This document shows positions 24,192 through 36,900 of a DNA stretch of 64,000 nt, in pieces. Source of the stretch: Podarcis tiliguerta (Eukaryota); NCBI GenBank assembly GCA_965153285.1, contig OZ229113.1; one strand, 5' to 3'. A program made the translations under genes and the position numbers. The notes beneath the pieces were generated by a model. That model was not told the origin of the DNA. It ran no database searches and saw only the letters and a list, made by a program, of their open reading frames with translations. Each line of letters starts with the position of its first letter. Within the stretch, counting starts at the first letter, position 1.

Positions 24192-27100
24192 TGTCTTAAT
24201 ATCCTGAGGGCTAGATCTGTCAAAATCCAGTTCATTCCAACTCTGCATGAGTATGGGACTAATTCTATGCTGTCCTGGTTCTATGCATATTTGTAAGGAA
24301 AAAACCTCTTTAAAAATTCATGCGAAAAGATGAGGCAGGTAAAGGCCTTTACTCTTTACATGGAGCCAGCCATGTTTTCCCCTGTTCAATTCTCCTGAAG
24401 AGCAATGGGATATCATCACTCCCTGAGGGAACTGCTGTTGTGGCTCCAGATGGCTGGATTATCTGCTTTCAAACATTTAAAGGAAAGAAATAGCTTTTAG
24501 AGGCAGTACTGCAATCCTCATACTACCTTGTAACTGGATCCACAGAACTGTGAATTCGGAGTGGACTCACAGACTGATCCAGGTAAATTTATGCTTAGAT
24601 CAAATCATGTCAGCCTGTCTGAACTTGGTGGATTCCTTCTCCATGCCTAATTATGGTTCCCAACTTGGAAAAATTCATACTACCTCCAGTATTAGATGTA
24701 GAGTGACAATTATCAGGGAACAAAAGCAAACAATGGCTATTTCTCTCATGTCCAACTTTGGGGCTTCCCACAGGAGTCTGGTTGGCAGCTCTAGCAAAGA
24801 GGACTAGCGAGACATTTGGTACAATCCAGTTCTTCTAATGTTCTTATGGAAGATGAGATTTGTGCAATGGTGACATAGAACATTCCAGCTGTATTATTTG
24901 CAAAGAGATGACATCTTTCATCATTATGAAAGAGACTGAAGTTGTTTTCCAGATGACTTGTTTAGTGAGTACTCCTGTATGTGACGATGCCAGCTATTTA
25001 CTGAGCGTTCATTCTGATTTGTTTTAATTGAAGTATAAACTGATCTGATCTGCTCAAACTGGACTGACGTGTGGGTCAGAACTTACTTATTCACCAGTTT
25101 TCACACTTCCCAAAAAATTGAATGCAGTTCTCAGCTCAAAAAACTTTCAGGAATATATTTAGAAATGTGTATTTTCAGATGAAATATTTTTTAAAATATG
25201 TCTTTAAATGTGGATATTCATCATTGCTTTGAGTGCATAGAAGCAGACTTATGTATGAAAACACAATAGTGCAGAATGGAATGTTGAAAAACTGAACTTC
25301 TCATCCCTTGTATCAAATAGTCACTCTGAGTTCTTGCTTCTTTCAAAATATAACTGCAAAAGTTCACTGAAGAAATTACAGGATGAGCCAAACACTGAAA
25401 TTTTGGCATCCATACTCTGTATTTTATATCTGATTCTGAAATATTTTTTTATTGGGAAGGGGGCTTTTCCTAGCAGTCCATGAAATACACTGAAAAAAGG
25501 CCTTTCTAATTAGTAAAATCTTTGTTTGTAATGTTGCTGCTCTGCAGTGCTGACCAGAATGCTAAGTAGCTTTAATCCATATATCCCTTTTATCTGTGCA
25601 GGGTAGCTGCCAAATGTATGCCAGCCATTAACTTTAGAAGGTTTTTTGTTATGAAAATACAACTACCTGTTAGCCACCTAAGAAAAGGAACTCTTTCCCT
25701 AAAACACTACTGTTCTATATTTTTAGATTCCCAGGAATGATCAAATGGGGGTTAAGAAATGACAACCCCATTTTGGGGTCTACCTACCCTAATTTAAGGA
25801 GATTCTTTTATTAGTTCTTGAAATTATAGCTGTTGGATCATTGAGTGCTAAAGATACTATAAAATCGTGGTAATTTTCAGGTGCTCTTTACAGAAAGTGC
25901 AGTGCATGATTATTCCAGGCTTTTTGATTTAAACCTTTCCCTTTCCCTCCTGTATGAAGGATAAAGCCCTTAGCTAGAGTGATTACAATAATGTTATCTG
26001 AGAGCATGAATAGGAGGAAAGTACTGTGTAATGGACATATTAAAATTATAATGGGCCTGGTAAAGTATCATCTCACACTCGGAAGCACATGAGCAGACTA
26101 ACAATAAACTGTTGAGCAAAATATATGCACTTCCACTGCTGCCCCAGGGAAAAGGTTGTGGTGACTTTTCAGAACCCCCTCCCCCCAATAACATTACCAT
26201 TATGTCAGTGTTTTGTTTTGTGTGTGGATACAGGACCTACCTACATGTTAGATTATTTGTATGGTTTGTTGCACTAACATTTGTGAATTTTAATCCTAGG
26301 CGATCCCCACTATTGCATGTAGGCAGAGGAGATCTAACATTTTCTTCTTGAGCTACAGTGCTAATGGAAACCACTACCAGACTATATTTAGTTTTAGAAA
26401 AAGTGTCCCTTTGGCAACATACAGACCTCCTCCACCCCATTGCTAGCAGTTGCATGGTGTGATTTCTATGGTAGTGTTCCCATGGGCAATTTTATCCCTC
26501 CTGCAGCAGGAAGCAGAAAATTCCGGCAAGCTTGCTGTGGGCAGCTACATGCTTTTAATATAGTGAAATAGAAGGCGTGGGGTGGGGACTTGCCACCTTG
26601 TTATTAAGTAAATTAAGCCAAAATATTTACTCCTCTCTCAAAACGTTTGCAAGGTTTTTTGCTCCCTTGCTGCAGTTTTTGTGACTACTCCCTCCCCCAC
26701 ATATTTTATTGCCTATGTTCTGCACACACACACAAACCCAAATAAAAAGCTGGGCCAAAAATTCTGGTTCAGCTCTATTTCAAAACAGTGTAAAAGGGTT
26801 GTGAATCTTACACCTTGCACAGGATCAGGAATCTTTTGGCTCAGTCATTAAAGAAGCACATTTTCAGGCACATCAAAATCTCACCAATTGCCGCCAATTT
26901 CTTCAGGTCAAGTGCTGATGATTGGGCATGTTAAGTTTATATAGTTATCATTGCAACATAGTTGAGCATAAGCTAGTTTTTGTAATTTTGTGCTTTTAGA
27001 AACTGTGCTCATCACTTGCCACTAAACTAGAAGTGTGAGAAGGATCCTTAAAGCAATGAAAACATGAAGCACATTATACAGGAGTTTTTGTTGTAGTATA

Positions 27101-28459
27101 AAGAGACTTGCGATTCCTTGCAGCAGCATAGACTTTGGAAGTCTTTGAGATCACAGCACTGATCTTCAGCATCATTATATTTGTTTCCATTCTGCATCAA
27201 ATTCGTGCAGACCTTAAGTGCATCTTCATTGGGTTTTATGTTGATACTGTATATATCACACAGGAAGCCAGATTGTTGTAGCTTTCGGAATTATATTGCT
27301 GTTTGGTAAAGCCTAAGACAGCACAGTAGAAACCTATTTTGAACTTCTGGTTTGGTTCTTGTGGTGCCTATTTTGGGGGCTCATACTCAAACTGCCATTT
27401 CTGTCTCAAACGTTGATAGTATTTCTAGATCCTTTGCAATCTCAGCAGCATCTGTCAAAACTTATTGAAAATGCTCATCGTACCTGCATCTCACAAGGTA
27501 ATTCTTGGGCACTTGCAACTGGCTTGTAGCTGAATTTAAATCAGTTTCCTTATTTTGCAATAGCTTGCTTATAAGATTGACTTCAAAAAGGATGTTGCAC
27601 TATGTAACAAGGGATACCACAACTTGAACTTACAAATTGCATTGGCAAGGGTCATAGCTTAAATTTAGGAAATATTTCCAGAGAACCTTTTAGGTGTGTG
27701 CCATCAAAAATCTCTATCTCTCAGCATTATATATACTACCAATATGATATCTTAGTGGTTTTAAAGCATCCGTCTGACTCTCCCAGCTTGTCTTGCTTAG
27801 TGGCTTAACAGTTATCCCTAAATTTGATACATGGCTTGTTATAATTTTCCAAGGTTGAGTCGATGCAGAGGAATAATTATATATCAGCAGAACGAAACTG
27901 AAGAAACTAGTTGCTCCCAGACAACACTTGCACCATTGGCTACTAAGTTTAATGAGTGTGCATTGAAGAGGACAAAAAACAGTTTATGTCCACGAGTCTC
28001 TTTTTTCTGCCATTTTCTTTGCTTTTCATCTTACTCCCATGATCATAACCTTTCATGATTATAACCTTGACCACATAGATTCACAACTGATAATCAAATT
28101 TTCTCAAGCTATCCAGGAAGAGTTTCTGTTATATAAAAGCACCTGCAAATTTAGTGGAACAAATCGCAAGAATTTTTTTATGATAGCCTCAGGCTCAGAC
28201 ACCTCACTATCTGATAGTCTGATTACATCAACATAATGCACATTCATTATCATTTGTTCAATATGACTAACATCAGGTATGCCGTCCAGAATAATTAAGT
28301 AGTATTCGGCTGAGTTTGCATGTGCTAAAACTCTGTTTTATAGCACCTGTTAGAAGCTGTATAAGCTTGTTTTTGGATATCTTATCCTAGGTAGTGAACC
28401 ACTGTTTCTTGATCTTTAACTCTGTGCAAATTTTCATTCATTAGATCTAAAAGGACTAG

Positions 28460-28890
28460 TTTCCCTGCCTGAGCTGGCAGAACTGGTCTGGGAGGCAGTA
28501 TTGAGGACTTTGGAGGGGCTGTAATATCCATGCCAAGGTGACTGGTTCTGGGGTGGCTCAGGACTTCATAGCTACCATGATGACCACGGGGCTGCCCTTA
28601 AAAGGCACCAGTCCAATGCATATGGCAGGCCACACTCTGGACCTTGTCACATTCTGGGATCAAGGTTTTCATCACCTTTTCCCTTCCAAAGAGGTGAGGA
28701 CCAATGAAGATGATCCACCCTTGGAGGCTGATGGATCCAGTGGGTCTTCAAATGGCTCTGAGGGATTTTCCAGCTGTTATGACTGGTGCTCCTGTCCATG
28801 CCTTGGCCATACTCTGGAACATCTGGATGCTTTCCTGCTTTGTCGAGCCCACTTGGCTTCTTGGTACACTCCAGAGCTTGGGACAGAATG
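28460..28890 (+). mobile_element. L2 LINE ORF2 fragment (endonuclease C-terminal part)
   Basis: SLPELAELV, NIHAK, AQDFIATM, HMAGHTLDLV, IHPWRLMDP, WYTPEL. Confidence 0.8.
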
Positions 28891-29144
28891 AAGTAACATT
28901 AATACTTGCTACACAGTGCTTGATAAGGAAGAGTAAGTCACCACTTGATGTTCAGTCAACTGACACATGAACAGTCCTTAGATAATGTTATGATTGTTCA
29001 TGAAATTCCTACTCTACATTTTATTCTGTATTTTCTCACACCCTTCAGTTTCATTCCAACTCCACAATTCTATGATTCCTTGTTGCAGGAGGACTTGGTG
29101 ATAAAAAGCTAAACTGGGTGATGATGTTCAAATTTAGTAAATAA

Positions 29145-29297
29145 ATATGGGAGAGGTTATGGGCCTGTTTGTTTTTTGTTATGTATTTTGTGTTCTCATT
29201 TTTTATTTTGTTGTGAACTGCCCAGTGTTCTTCAGATGAAGGCTGGTACACAAACTTAACAAACAAACAAACAAACAAACAAACAAACAACAAAACA
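29145..29297 (+). mobile_element. L2 3' terminus with (CAAA)n tail
   Basis: T-rich 3' UTR ...TTGTTGTGAACTGCCCAGTG...GATGAAGGCTGGTACACAAAC then (CAAA)n; matches the inverted copies at 30615 and 33321. Confidence 0.65.
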
Positions 29298-29488
29298 AAT
29301 ACATGAATGATTGCCCATAGTACTATTAGTAAATATGAATCTTGAGTTAAACTTTATAAAATCTGAATGCTGTGGCTGTATGGGAAATGACACGCTAGTA
29401 ATGTCTTGGTAAAGAAGGATAAAATTGGAGACATGCCTATAATTCTAGTTAAATAGTACATGAAGTATCTTTGAAAACAGTGAATTGT

Positions 29489-29633
29489 GAAGTCTGAGTC
29501 AGTAGAGCATGAGAATCCCAATTTCAAGATTGTGAGTTTGAGCCCCACATTCGACGAAATATTCACACATTGCTGGGGATAGAACTAGATGACTGTCATG
29601 ATCCCTTCCAACTCTACAATTCTATGATTCTAT
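29489..29633 (+). mobile_element. tRNA-Lys-derived SINE with CR1-type tail
   Basis: GAGTCAGTAGAGCATGAGAATCCCAAT...GTTTGAGCCCCACATT resembles tRNA-Lys; tail CCCTTCCAACTCTACAATTCTATGATTCTAT. Confidence 0.7.
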
Positions 29634-30614
29634 ACTAATGACAAAACAGTTTTGTTTTTGTTTGTTTTTTAAAAAATGCAACATTTGTAAGATCAAACAT
29701 GCACTCTTTTTCAAAACTAGAGGTATTAGGAATTTTCTAGTCACATTGCTAAAGGCGATGTAGTGTGTGTCCTTGTAAAATATCTGCATTTAAATATATT
29801 ATTGCACAAGGCTATCTGTATGTATGCTACAGGTGGCTTGATATTAGTCTTAAAACAAACTACCAGAAATTATTTGCATAAGGTGTACTGTGCCTTTAGC
29901 ATACTGGGCTTAATAGCCTATTTTGCTGTTTCCAATGTGCTTTCTTTTCTTTTGTGGGTGACAGATTATGGAAAAAACAGAGACTACAATTCTTTATTCA
30001 GTGGCATTTCCTCTGGATGTGGGAAACGGGGGCGCAGGAGGGGTTAAATATGCCATTTTAGTGTCTGTATGTGTATTGATATCCATGGAAAATATGGCTT
30101 TTGCAGACTTGGCAATAAAACCTAAGGTTTTCAGAAACCCCAACATTTTTGGATGAAACCAACTTTGCAGGATTTACAAACTGTTAAGTGCAAAAAGATG
30201 AAGCTAGTAATTCCGCATTTAGGTCACTGTATTTTTTAAGACATATATATCAAACTGATTTAGAAATAAACAAGTGTGATACCTAAATTAGTCTCGGCTG
30301 TTTTCTTCCTCTCAAGGTAGACTGTTTTAACATTTTACACAACCACTGCTGTGTGAACATTCTCCAAACTGCACTGCAGATTTTTAAAATAATATTTTTA
30401 GCTGAGCAATAAGGCCACCACCCCTTGCACACTCATGTGGGAGTAAATGCCATTGAACTCCTTTGGATATACTTCCGAAAAAACATACATAATCTCAAGC
30501 TGTTTCTGAATATCCTGGACATTTTCTTTCTTTTTAAAAAGGTATAGCACAGTCTTTTAATCACTACCTGGATAGCTTAACCCTATGAAGAGTTGGTCAT
30601 GTCCTTCACATCTG

Positions 30615-30757
30615 ATTAGTATACTGCTGTTATCCGAAAATCACAGTGTGGTTAACAATAAAAAACACACACAATGAGAACACAAATTACATAATAAAAC
30701 AAATACAAACCAATAACCTATCTCCCACAAACACATTTGAAAGGCCAAATGCCTGGT
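30615..30757 (-). mobile_element. L2 3' terminus
   Basis: Similar to 33321-33510 (aaaaacaca...cacaaa.tacataataaaa...aaaggcc...cctgg). Confidence 0.55.
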
Positions 30758-31224
30758 ATTTAAGTAGCTTCCATGAAAGATTCTCTATCACTAAAGTCAC
30801 ATTCACATTTCAATATGTCCTTTGGGTTTGTGATGTCTGAAACATTAGGCTGCTCCTATTAAAGTCAATGGCAAAGCTGTCTTTACCTATTAACTAAGAA
30901 GTGCCCTGCTTCATCCAACTAAAAGTCCATCTGGTATAGTATCCAAAATAGGGCACTGCACATGGAAGTATTAATTTATAAAAGCTTATTGTCATGTCTG
31001 TTTGTTTACTTGACTTCCTGTGGCATCCCATACACCACTTAGGGGAGGGAACTGCAAAGGTGACATGTACATGTCACATGTGTATGTGGAAATGCATGAA
31101 GCTTTCAGATAATACCACTTCCGTCTTGAATGCAAATTTGAGGAAGAACACTAAATCATTGCTCACAAGGTGTGTAAAGTTTGACTGAATTGGGTTTAAT
31201 GCATCTGCCTCTGCTGCCATACAG

Positions 31225-31560
31225 AATGGGAAGACTTTTTCAAGAGACAAGTGCTGGATGGCAGGATAGATGCACCAGAATAATAATGCCAGGGAATGGA
31301 CCTGTCAGTAGTTTTCAGTAACACTGACCATGGTATCCTCCTGGCCCATCTTCCTGGGCTGAGCTTAGGCACAGCATAATGGTGATTCCAATCCTTTTGG
31401 AGCAATATTCCCAAAAGGAAGTGTGCACAGATTTCTGCTCCATCACATGGCTTTTAATCTAGAGGGTGCCTCAGAACTCCATCTTTTCCCCAAACGTTTG
31501 CCTGAAAATACAGAGATACAGGCTATAATGTCACCAGTATACGGGTTTACCTTTCATCTT
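31225..31560 (+). mobile_element. L2 reverse-transcriptase fragment, decayed
   Basis: DLSVVFSNTDHGILLAHL (~DLSAAFDTIDHGILL), GVPQNSIFSP (~GVPQGSILSP), HQY. Confidence 0.75.
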
Positions 31561-33107
31561 CATCTACCAACCCCAGGGAGGCTGTCATGCTCGTAAATAG
31601 GGGTCAGGAGCTGTTTTTTTTTTAAATTGGATTTTATCTGAACTAGCTGAGACTTAAACCAAATAAGATTAAGTTTCTTGGTAGGAAAACCAACTGCTCT
31701 AAATGGAGCTTTGTTGCTGACTATTGACTTGGCAGGAGAATTCTGCAGCTTTGAGGTTTTCTTGGACTTGGAAGTGCTAGGTACATCATAGGGTGGTACA
31801 CCAGCAGAGACCATACCTAGAGAAGGGCGACCTAGTCTCTACTACTCAGCCACTGCTCATCTACTGACTAGAATATTCCCGTGTGTCTTCATTTGAAGGA
31901 CGTACAGAAGCTGGTACAAAATGAAATCACCTGGATTATATTGGTGACCACCCAGAGACACCACAGCAGTGAAGGCTGCTGTACCTAATTGGCATGAGGG
32001 AACTAGGATTTGTCTTCCACAGAGGATTGGTAGCTTCATTGACCTCATAGATTAGATAGTGTGAGATGGATTATGCTTCCTATAGTTCCCTCCTTGAATG
32101 GACTGCGTGTGATGAGCAACGGTCAGATACTGGTTGATCCCAGGATAAGAACCAGGGTGGAATTGCTTAAAGGGGATGACAACAGAATGTATTCATTCTA
32201 AGTATCATCTTACTAAAGAGTGGCAGCCATGATGTGATGGGTATTTATTTGTGCCATATGTGAATAATGTGTGTCTCATGTCCTTGTTTCCATTTGGGGA
32301 AACAATAGTTTTTTCAAAGCTTTATGAAAATTACCATCCTCATCCTTGGCTGCAGCAGATTTTTAAGATTTTCTTTAAGAGCACATGACATTTTGAAGAG
32401 AATCTTGGGAATTCACTGAAATTATCCTATCTAATTCTGTCTTTCACTCCTCACTTCCCTCAAGAGTGTCATCTGTTTTTTTTATTTTGTTCATCTCCAT
32501 CAGGATTTTCATAAAAGGACAAAAGGATTTTCCTTCTCAGCTGTTTTAACTCATTATCATTTGTCAAATATTGGACATTCCAATAATCCATCTTTAATAC
32601 TCTGCTTCTAATAATACTAACCATCTGTTTGGTTGATGAAGATTTTGCAAACAGGATTAGCTAAAATTGAAAACTGTTCCACAGAATTAATCCACTATAT
32701 ATTAATATGCCAGGGCTGTTATTTCTTAATCATAAACTCCAAAGTCTTTGGAGCTCTCATTCTGTTTTAAGATGGTATCATTTTTCTGTATCATTACATT
32801 TAAAGATTTTCTATTTGAGAGGCTTCAGAAGAGCACCTAGGTAATAACAATACATTTGGTCCTCATAAATGATTTTATACATATTGCATTCATTTGGGAT
32901 GGTGAAAGCAGTCTAAAAGAAAAAAAGGAATGTTGTTAAATGAGTTTTGGCATTGATTTATATAATTTATAAAAAAGAGTTTCAGTTTAGGTTGGGGCTG
33001 TGCTTCCAATGAAAGCAAATAATAATAAAAAAACAGAGCCAATGATGAATATTGTAAAAGTCATTTGATGTATGCGGGTAGGAGACATTTAGTATTTAGC
33101 CCAATGT

Positions 33108-33180
33108 GAGATGAGTGCCACACTCCATAGTTACCTTTGACTGCACTTAACCATCCAGGGGTCCTTTACCTTTACCTTTT
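33108..33180 (+). mobile_element. 3' end remnant of an older Sauria SINE
   Basis: GAGATGAGTGCCAC...CAGGGGTCCTTTACCTTTACCTTT. Confidence 0.6.
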
Positions 33181-33228
33181 TAAATTTAGTTACACTTATA
33201 ATTATGAGGTGGTCCAATGGCCTTTTAT

Positions 33229-33254
33229 GTCTTCTTCTTCTTCTTCTTCTTCTT
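33229..33254 (+). repeat. (TCT)n microsatellite
   Basis: Read directly from the sequence. Confidence 0.9.
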
Positions 33255-33320
33255 AACTGGTTTAAAAGTTAATGCCACATGGAGTGGCTAGGAAAAATCC
33301 CTGTAAATGTCTCTGAAAAT

Positions 33321-33670
33321 TATTTTATTATTTATTTTGTATACTGCCCACTATCTGTAGATTTCAAGGTGGCTCACAACATAAAAACACAATACAAAAA
33401 CACAAAATACATAATAAAAAAGAACAAAAAAGCAATACAGTCCCCTCTCCACATACCCTCTTTCAAACACATTAAAAAAGGGTATAAGATATTAATCAGC
33501 CAAAGGCCTGGTTGAAGAGGAATGTTTTTGCCTGGCACCTAATGGTGTATAATGAAGGTGCCAGCTGGATCTCCCCAGGGAGAGCATTACACAAATGGGG
33601 AGCCACTGCAGAAAAGGCCCATTTTCATGTTGCCACACTCCACGCTCACACAGAGGAGGCATATGATATG
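33321..33670 (-). mobile_element. L2 LINE 3' end
   Basis: Minus strand reads WAFSAVAPHLCNALPGEIQLAPSL (~RAFSVVAPxLWNxLP), followed by a T-rich 3' UTR and TAAA-type tail. Confidence 0.8.
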
Positions 33671-33759
33671 ACCGTGACAAACAAGAGTTGTGAATGTCGC
33701 CTGATGGAAATTTTGTCCCTGGAAATTGTGCTATGCGTTCATGCAGCAATATTTACAGG

Positions 33760-33901
33760 CAGTGATTATTATTTTAGGGGTACTCAAGGGTATGCAGTAC
33801 TGGCAAGATTTGTTGTTGCTGTTGTTGTTAAAAAGTGTGACACTTATTGTAACAACTTCATGGTAAGTACGGGCACCTATTTTTCTAGAAAAAAAGCACT
33901 G
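33760..33901. mobile_element. Short non-autonomous DNA transposon (hAT-like)
   Basis: Ends CAGTGATTATT.../...AAAAAAAGCACTG; repeated AGTAC(T/G)GGCA motif; no clear TSD. Confidence 0.5.
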
Positions 33902-36900
33902 TATCACAGATAAATTCTAGCCCCATTTTGGAAGCATCTATATATTGGCAGCCTTGAAGTGCATTCCCAGTTGTTCCTTGGCAGGTAAGCTTGCATTCAA
34001 TGCCTTTTACATTTGGCACCAAATGCATCCCCCTTGGAATCTGCTGCATTTTCAAGCTCCTGATCAGGAAATCTGGAGTGCAAATGATCCCTACTGAAAG
34101 CAGATCTTGAAGCTTTGTTGATTAGCAGTGACTTCAAGCCTGCTGCTTTGTGGAGTTAAAAAAAGAGTCATGATGAAATCAGCTGACTGGCTGCTGAATT
34201 GGGGGGCGGAGCTCAGGATCCTGTCCCCCACCCCTGAACTAAGTGTTCTAAAGTGGGACCAATCCACTACTGTGCATGTTCTTGGAAGTCTGCCTGAGAA
34301 TAAATGGTGAGAAAGGATGTGAGTGTATTTGAGGCAACAGGTAAGAGTTGAAGAGTCTCAGCTGCTTCTAAAATAACATTACAAATGAGATTTCTTCTTA
34401 ATGTAGCAGCAATTCAATACTTCCTCTTGTCCTTAACTCTTATAATTTCTCTTTTAGACATGTATTTTCTGGAGTTCCTAACATTCCAGGATCTTCCACA
34501 TATTGATTACAGAACAGTTGAGCAGTGTGCTTCTCTACAAAGTTGGTTACTCTGTCCAAGCTGAGAGTAAAAGGAAGTGATTTTGAATAAAGGTTTATCA
34601 CCACTACCCCTGCTCAGGTCTGCAATGCATGTTTTGTTTTTTGTTTTTAATCCTCTTCTAGGCCCTTTTACCTCAACAATGCTGCTCCTACTCTGAAGTG
34701 GGTATGTTGCTTAAATTCCTCAGTGCCCTGTGACTTGTTCCTTTATATTGAACCTTATGAATTGTTTTCCTGAAAAGTTGCACCTTTCACTGGGGACAAT
34801 ATGATATCCTGCAGACCCCATAGCACAACTGCCAGGAAGTTGAAGTATCAGCCCTCAATGCTTCCCTCTGAAACCAGCCTTGAAGGTTTGAGCAAAACCA
34901 CTCCCAACCCATCAAGCCAGCTCAGTAAAATATATACATGCAGAAGATCAGAAAAAGAGGTGCCAGAACTCACCAGGAACACCTTCCTCATTCTTTTAGA
35001 ACGGCAATGGCACCCACCTGAGAGGTTCTAGAACTGAGTTCATGTAAGCTCCCTCTGAAAGGAGCCCTGCTATGGATGATGGTATAAAAAGCTGCTGAGA
35101 AATTAAGCCCAGCAGGGTAATACTTCACCCTCCTCTCCTGGACAACTAAAGCCACTTTGTTCTATTCAACCTGGACGTAGACTGAAATGGGTCCAGATTT
35201 ATTTATATATAATAAGTCACTTACCTATGTATATTAATAATAACATATATATGTATTATTTTCATGACAATAACCATTCAGAAACTGGTTGCTTTATTTC
35301 TTTTACAAATTTCTTATTGGCAGACAAGCAGGTTGGGTTTGGAGCCAGCTATAGATCAATATTTTATACTGATTCATTTGATTCATAAATATCTTCACAT
35401 TAAAAACAACAATAACCAGAGACTTTTGTTGGTTTTATTGATCCCCTTTCCACTTTTGATTCAATAAGTAGAAATATTTATGAGCCATATTAGAAGATAT
35501 TAATAGAGATAGCTGGCTTTTAGTACCAATTAGAGCTCTATTGTTGCATGACATGTGTGATTCCTTCATAGACACTCACACTTAATATATGAATGTCAAG
35601 GGTGCTGGGAATCTGAGCTAAGATATCCACATAGCGAAAGTTGTCCACAGTTACAATCACCACACACAGGCAGATTAGGTCCAAATAGTTTTACTGCTGC
35701 AGAAGATTATGCTTCAGTAATACAGTTACATACATTGAAATATACATACAGCTTGTAAGCTTTTAGATACAGATACAGATATATACAAGCACGAAGTATA
35801 TCTGTTGCTCCAGCAATTCAAGACGTAACACATATTCCAATTCACAGACAGACTTTTTGACTGTCATTCAGCACAAGCGCCCGGACCGCTGAGCTGATGT
35901 GCCTTAATGACTTATATAGACAGCACTGGTCCATTGCCATAGCAACTGGCTTGGCTGACATAGCACCTGTAAAGAAATTTACCCCTTCTTCCATGTCTAG
36001 TTCTTCCAACAAAACATGGGACCAGCTTAGACAGATACCATTGGTGCCAGGGCTATTATATTTTCACATTACAAAGAAAGGAATGTCATTTGTAATTTGA
36101 ATATATAGTTTATTTACCACCCCTATTTTCCTTTTCCCCATTCTTATACTGATTTTCACTTCATTCTTAGCCTTCAAAATGAAAGACCTGAAATATTTAA
36201 ATAAGAATGTAATGTCATAAGAGTTTTGGTGTTGAGTCAGCCCACTGGTACTTAGATGTGCATGACAATTCTTAGGTTCATATTTACTTAGATGCAAGTA
36301 ATATGCCTTTTATAAATCAACCGGCATAACTACATTATAGTTCACATTTCTGCTTCGGTAGGTAGGCAAAAGTTTATTTTACATCAAACTTAAAAGTTTT
36401 ATTACAAGTTTCTTTTTTGGAAATTAGACTGCGGTTTGTACTTATAAATTATATGCCCCTATAATTTTGCCAACCTGTATGTGAAATGGAATTACTTGAT
36501 TTCCTTTTCAAACAGTTTATTGCTGAAATGATTGAAAGAAAAGTGTATGAATGGCAGAACATGTGTGCAATTTCTTTACAAATGTGCTAAACTCTCTTTG
36601 GTTGAGTGGTTTATAATAAGAATAAATTTGATGTTTAGACATATACCATATCATAACATTGAAAATGCCTTTTGAAATTGAAATGTGTGCTAAATTACAG
36701 TGGAATAGTGGTCTTCGCCAGGAAGAGTGAACTCTAATGATATTTGTATAATACACTTTGCTGAATTCCTATTATTTTCTGGACACTGTAGGTCCTAGGC
36801 AACGAATAACCCCTACTTTTATTGAGCCACTTTCACAAGCTTTCATCACATCTCTTTTAATTTTTATTTCAGCAGGCCAGCTTACCATTGTGAGTAGAGT

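Noticed and set aside
30295-30322. Pyrimidine tract plus AAG|GTAGAC as a recursive site
   Set aside because: AAG acceptor and GTAGAC donor are both weak
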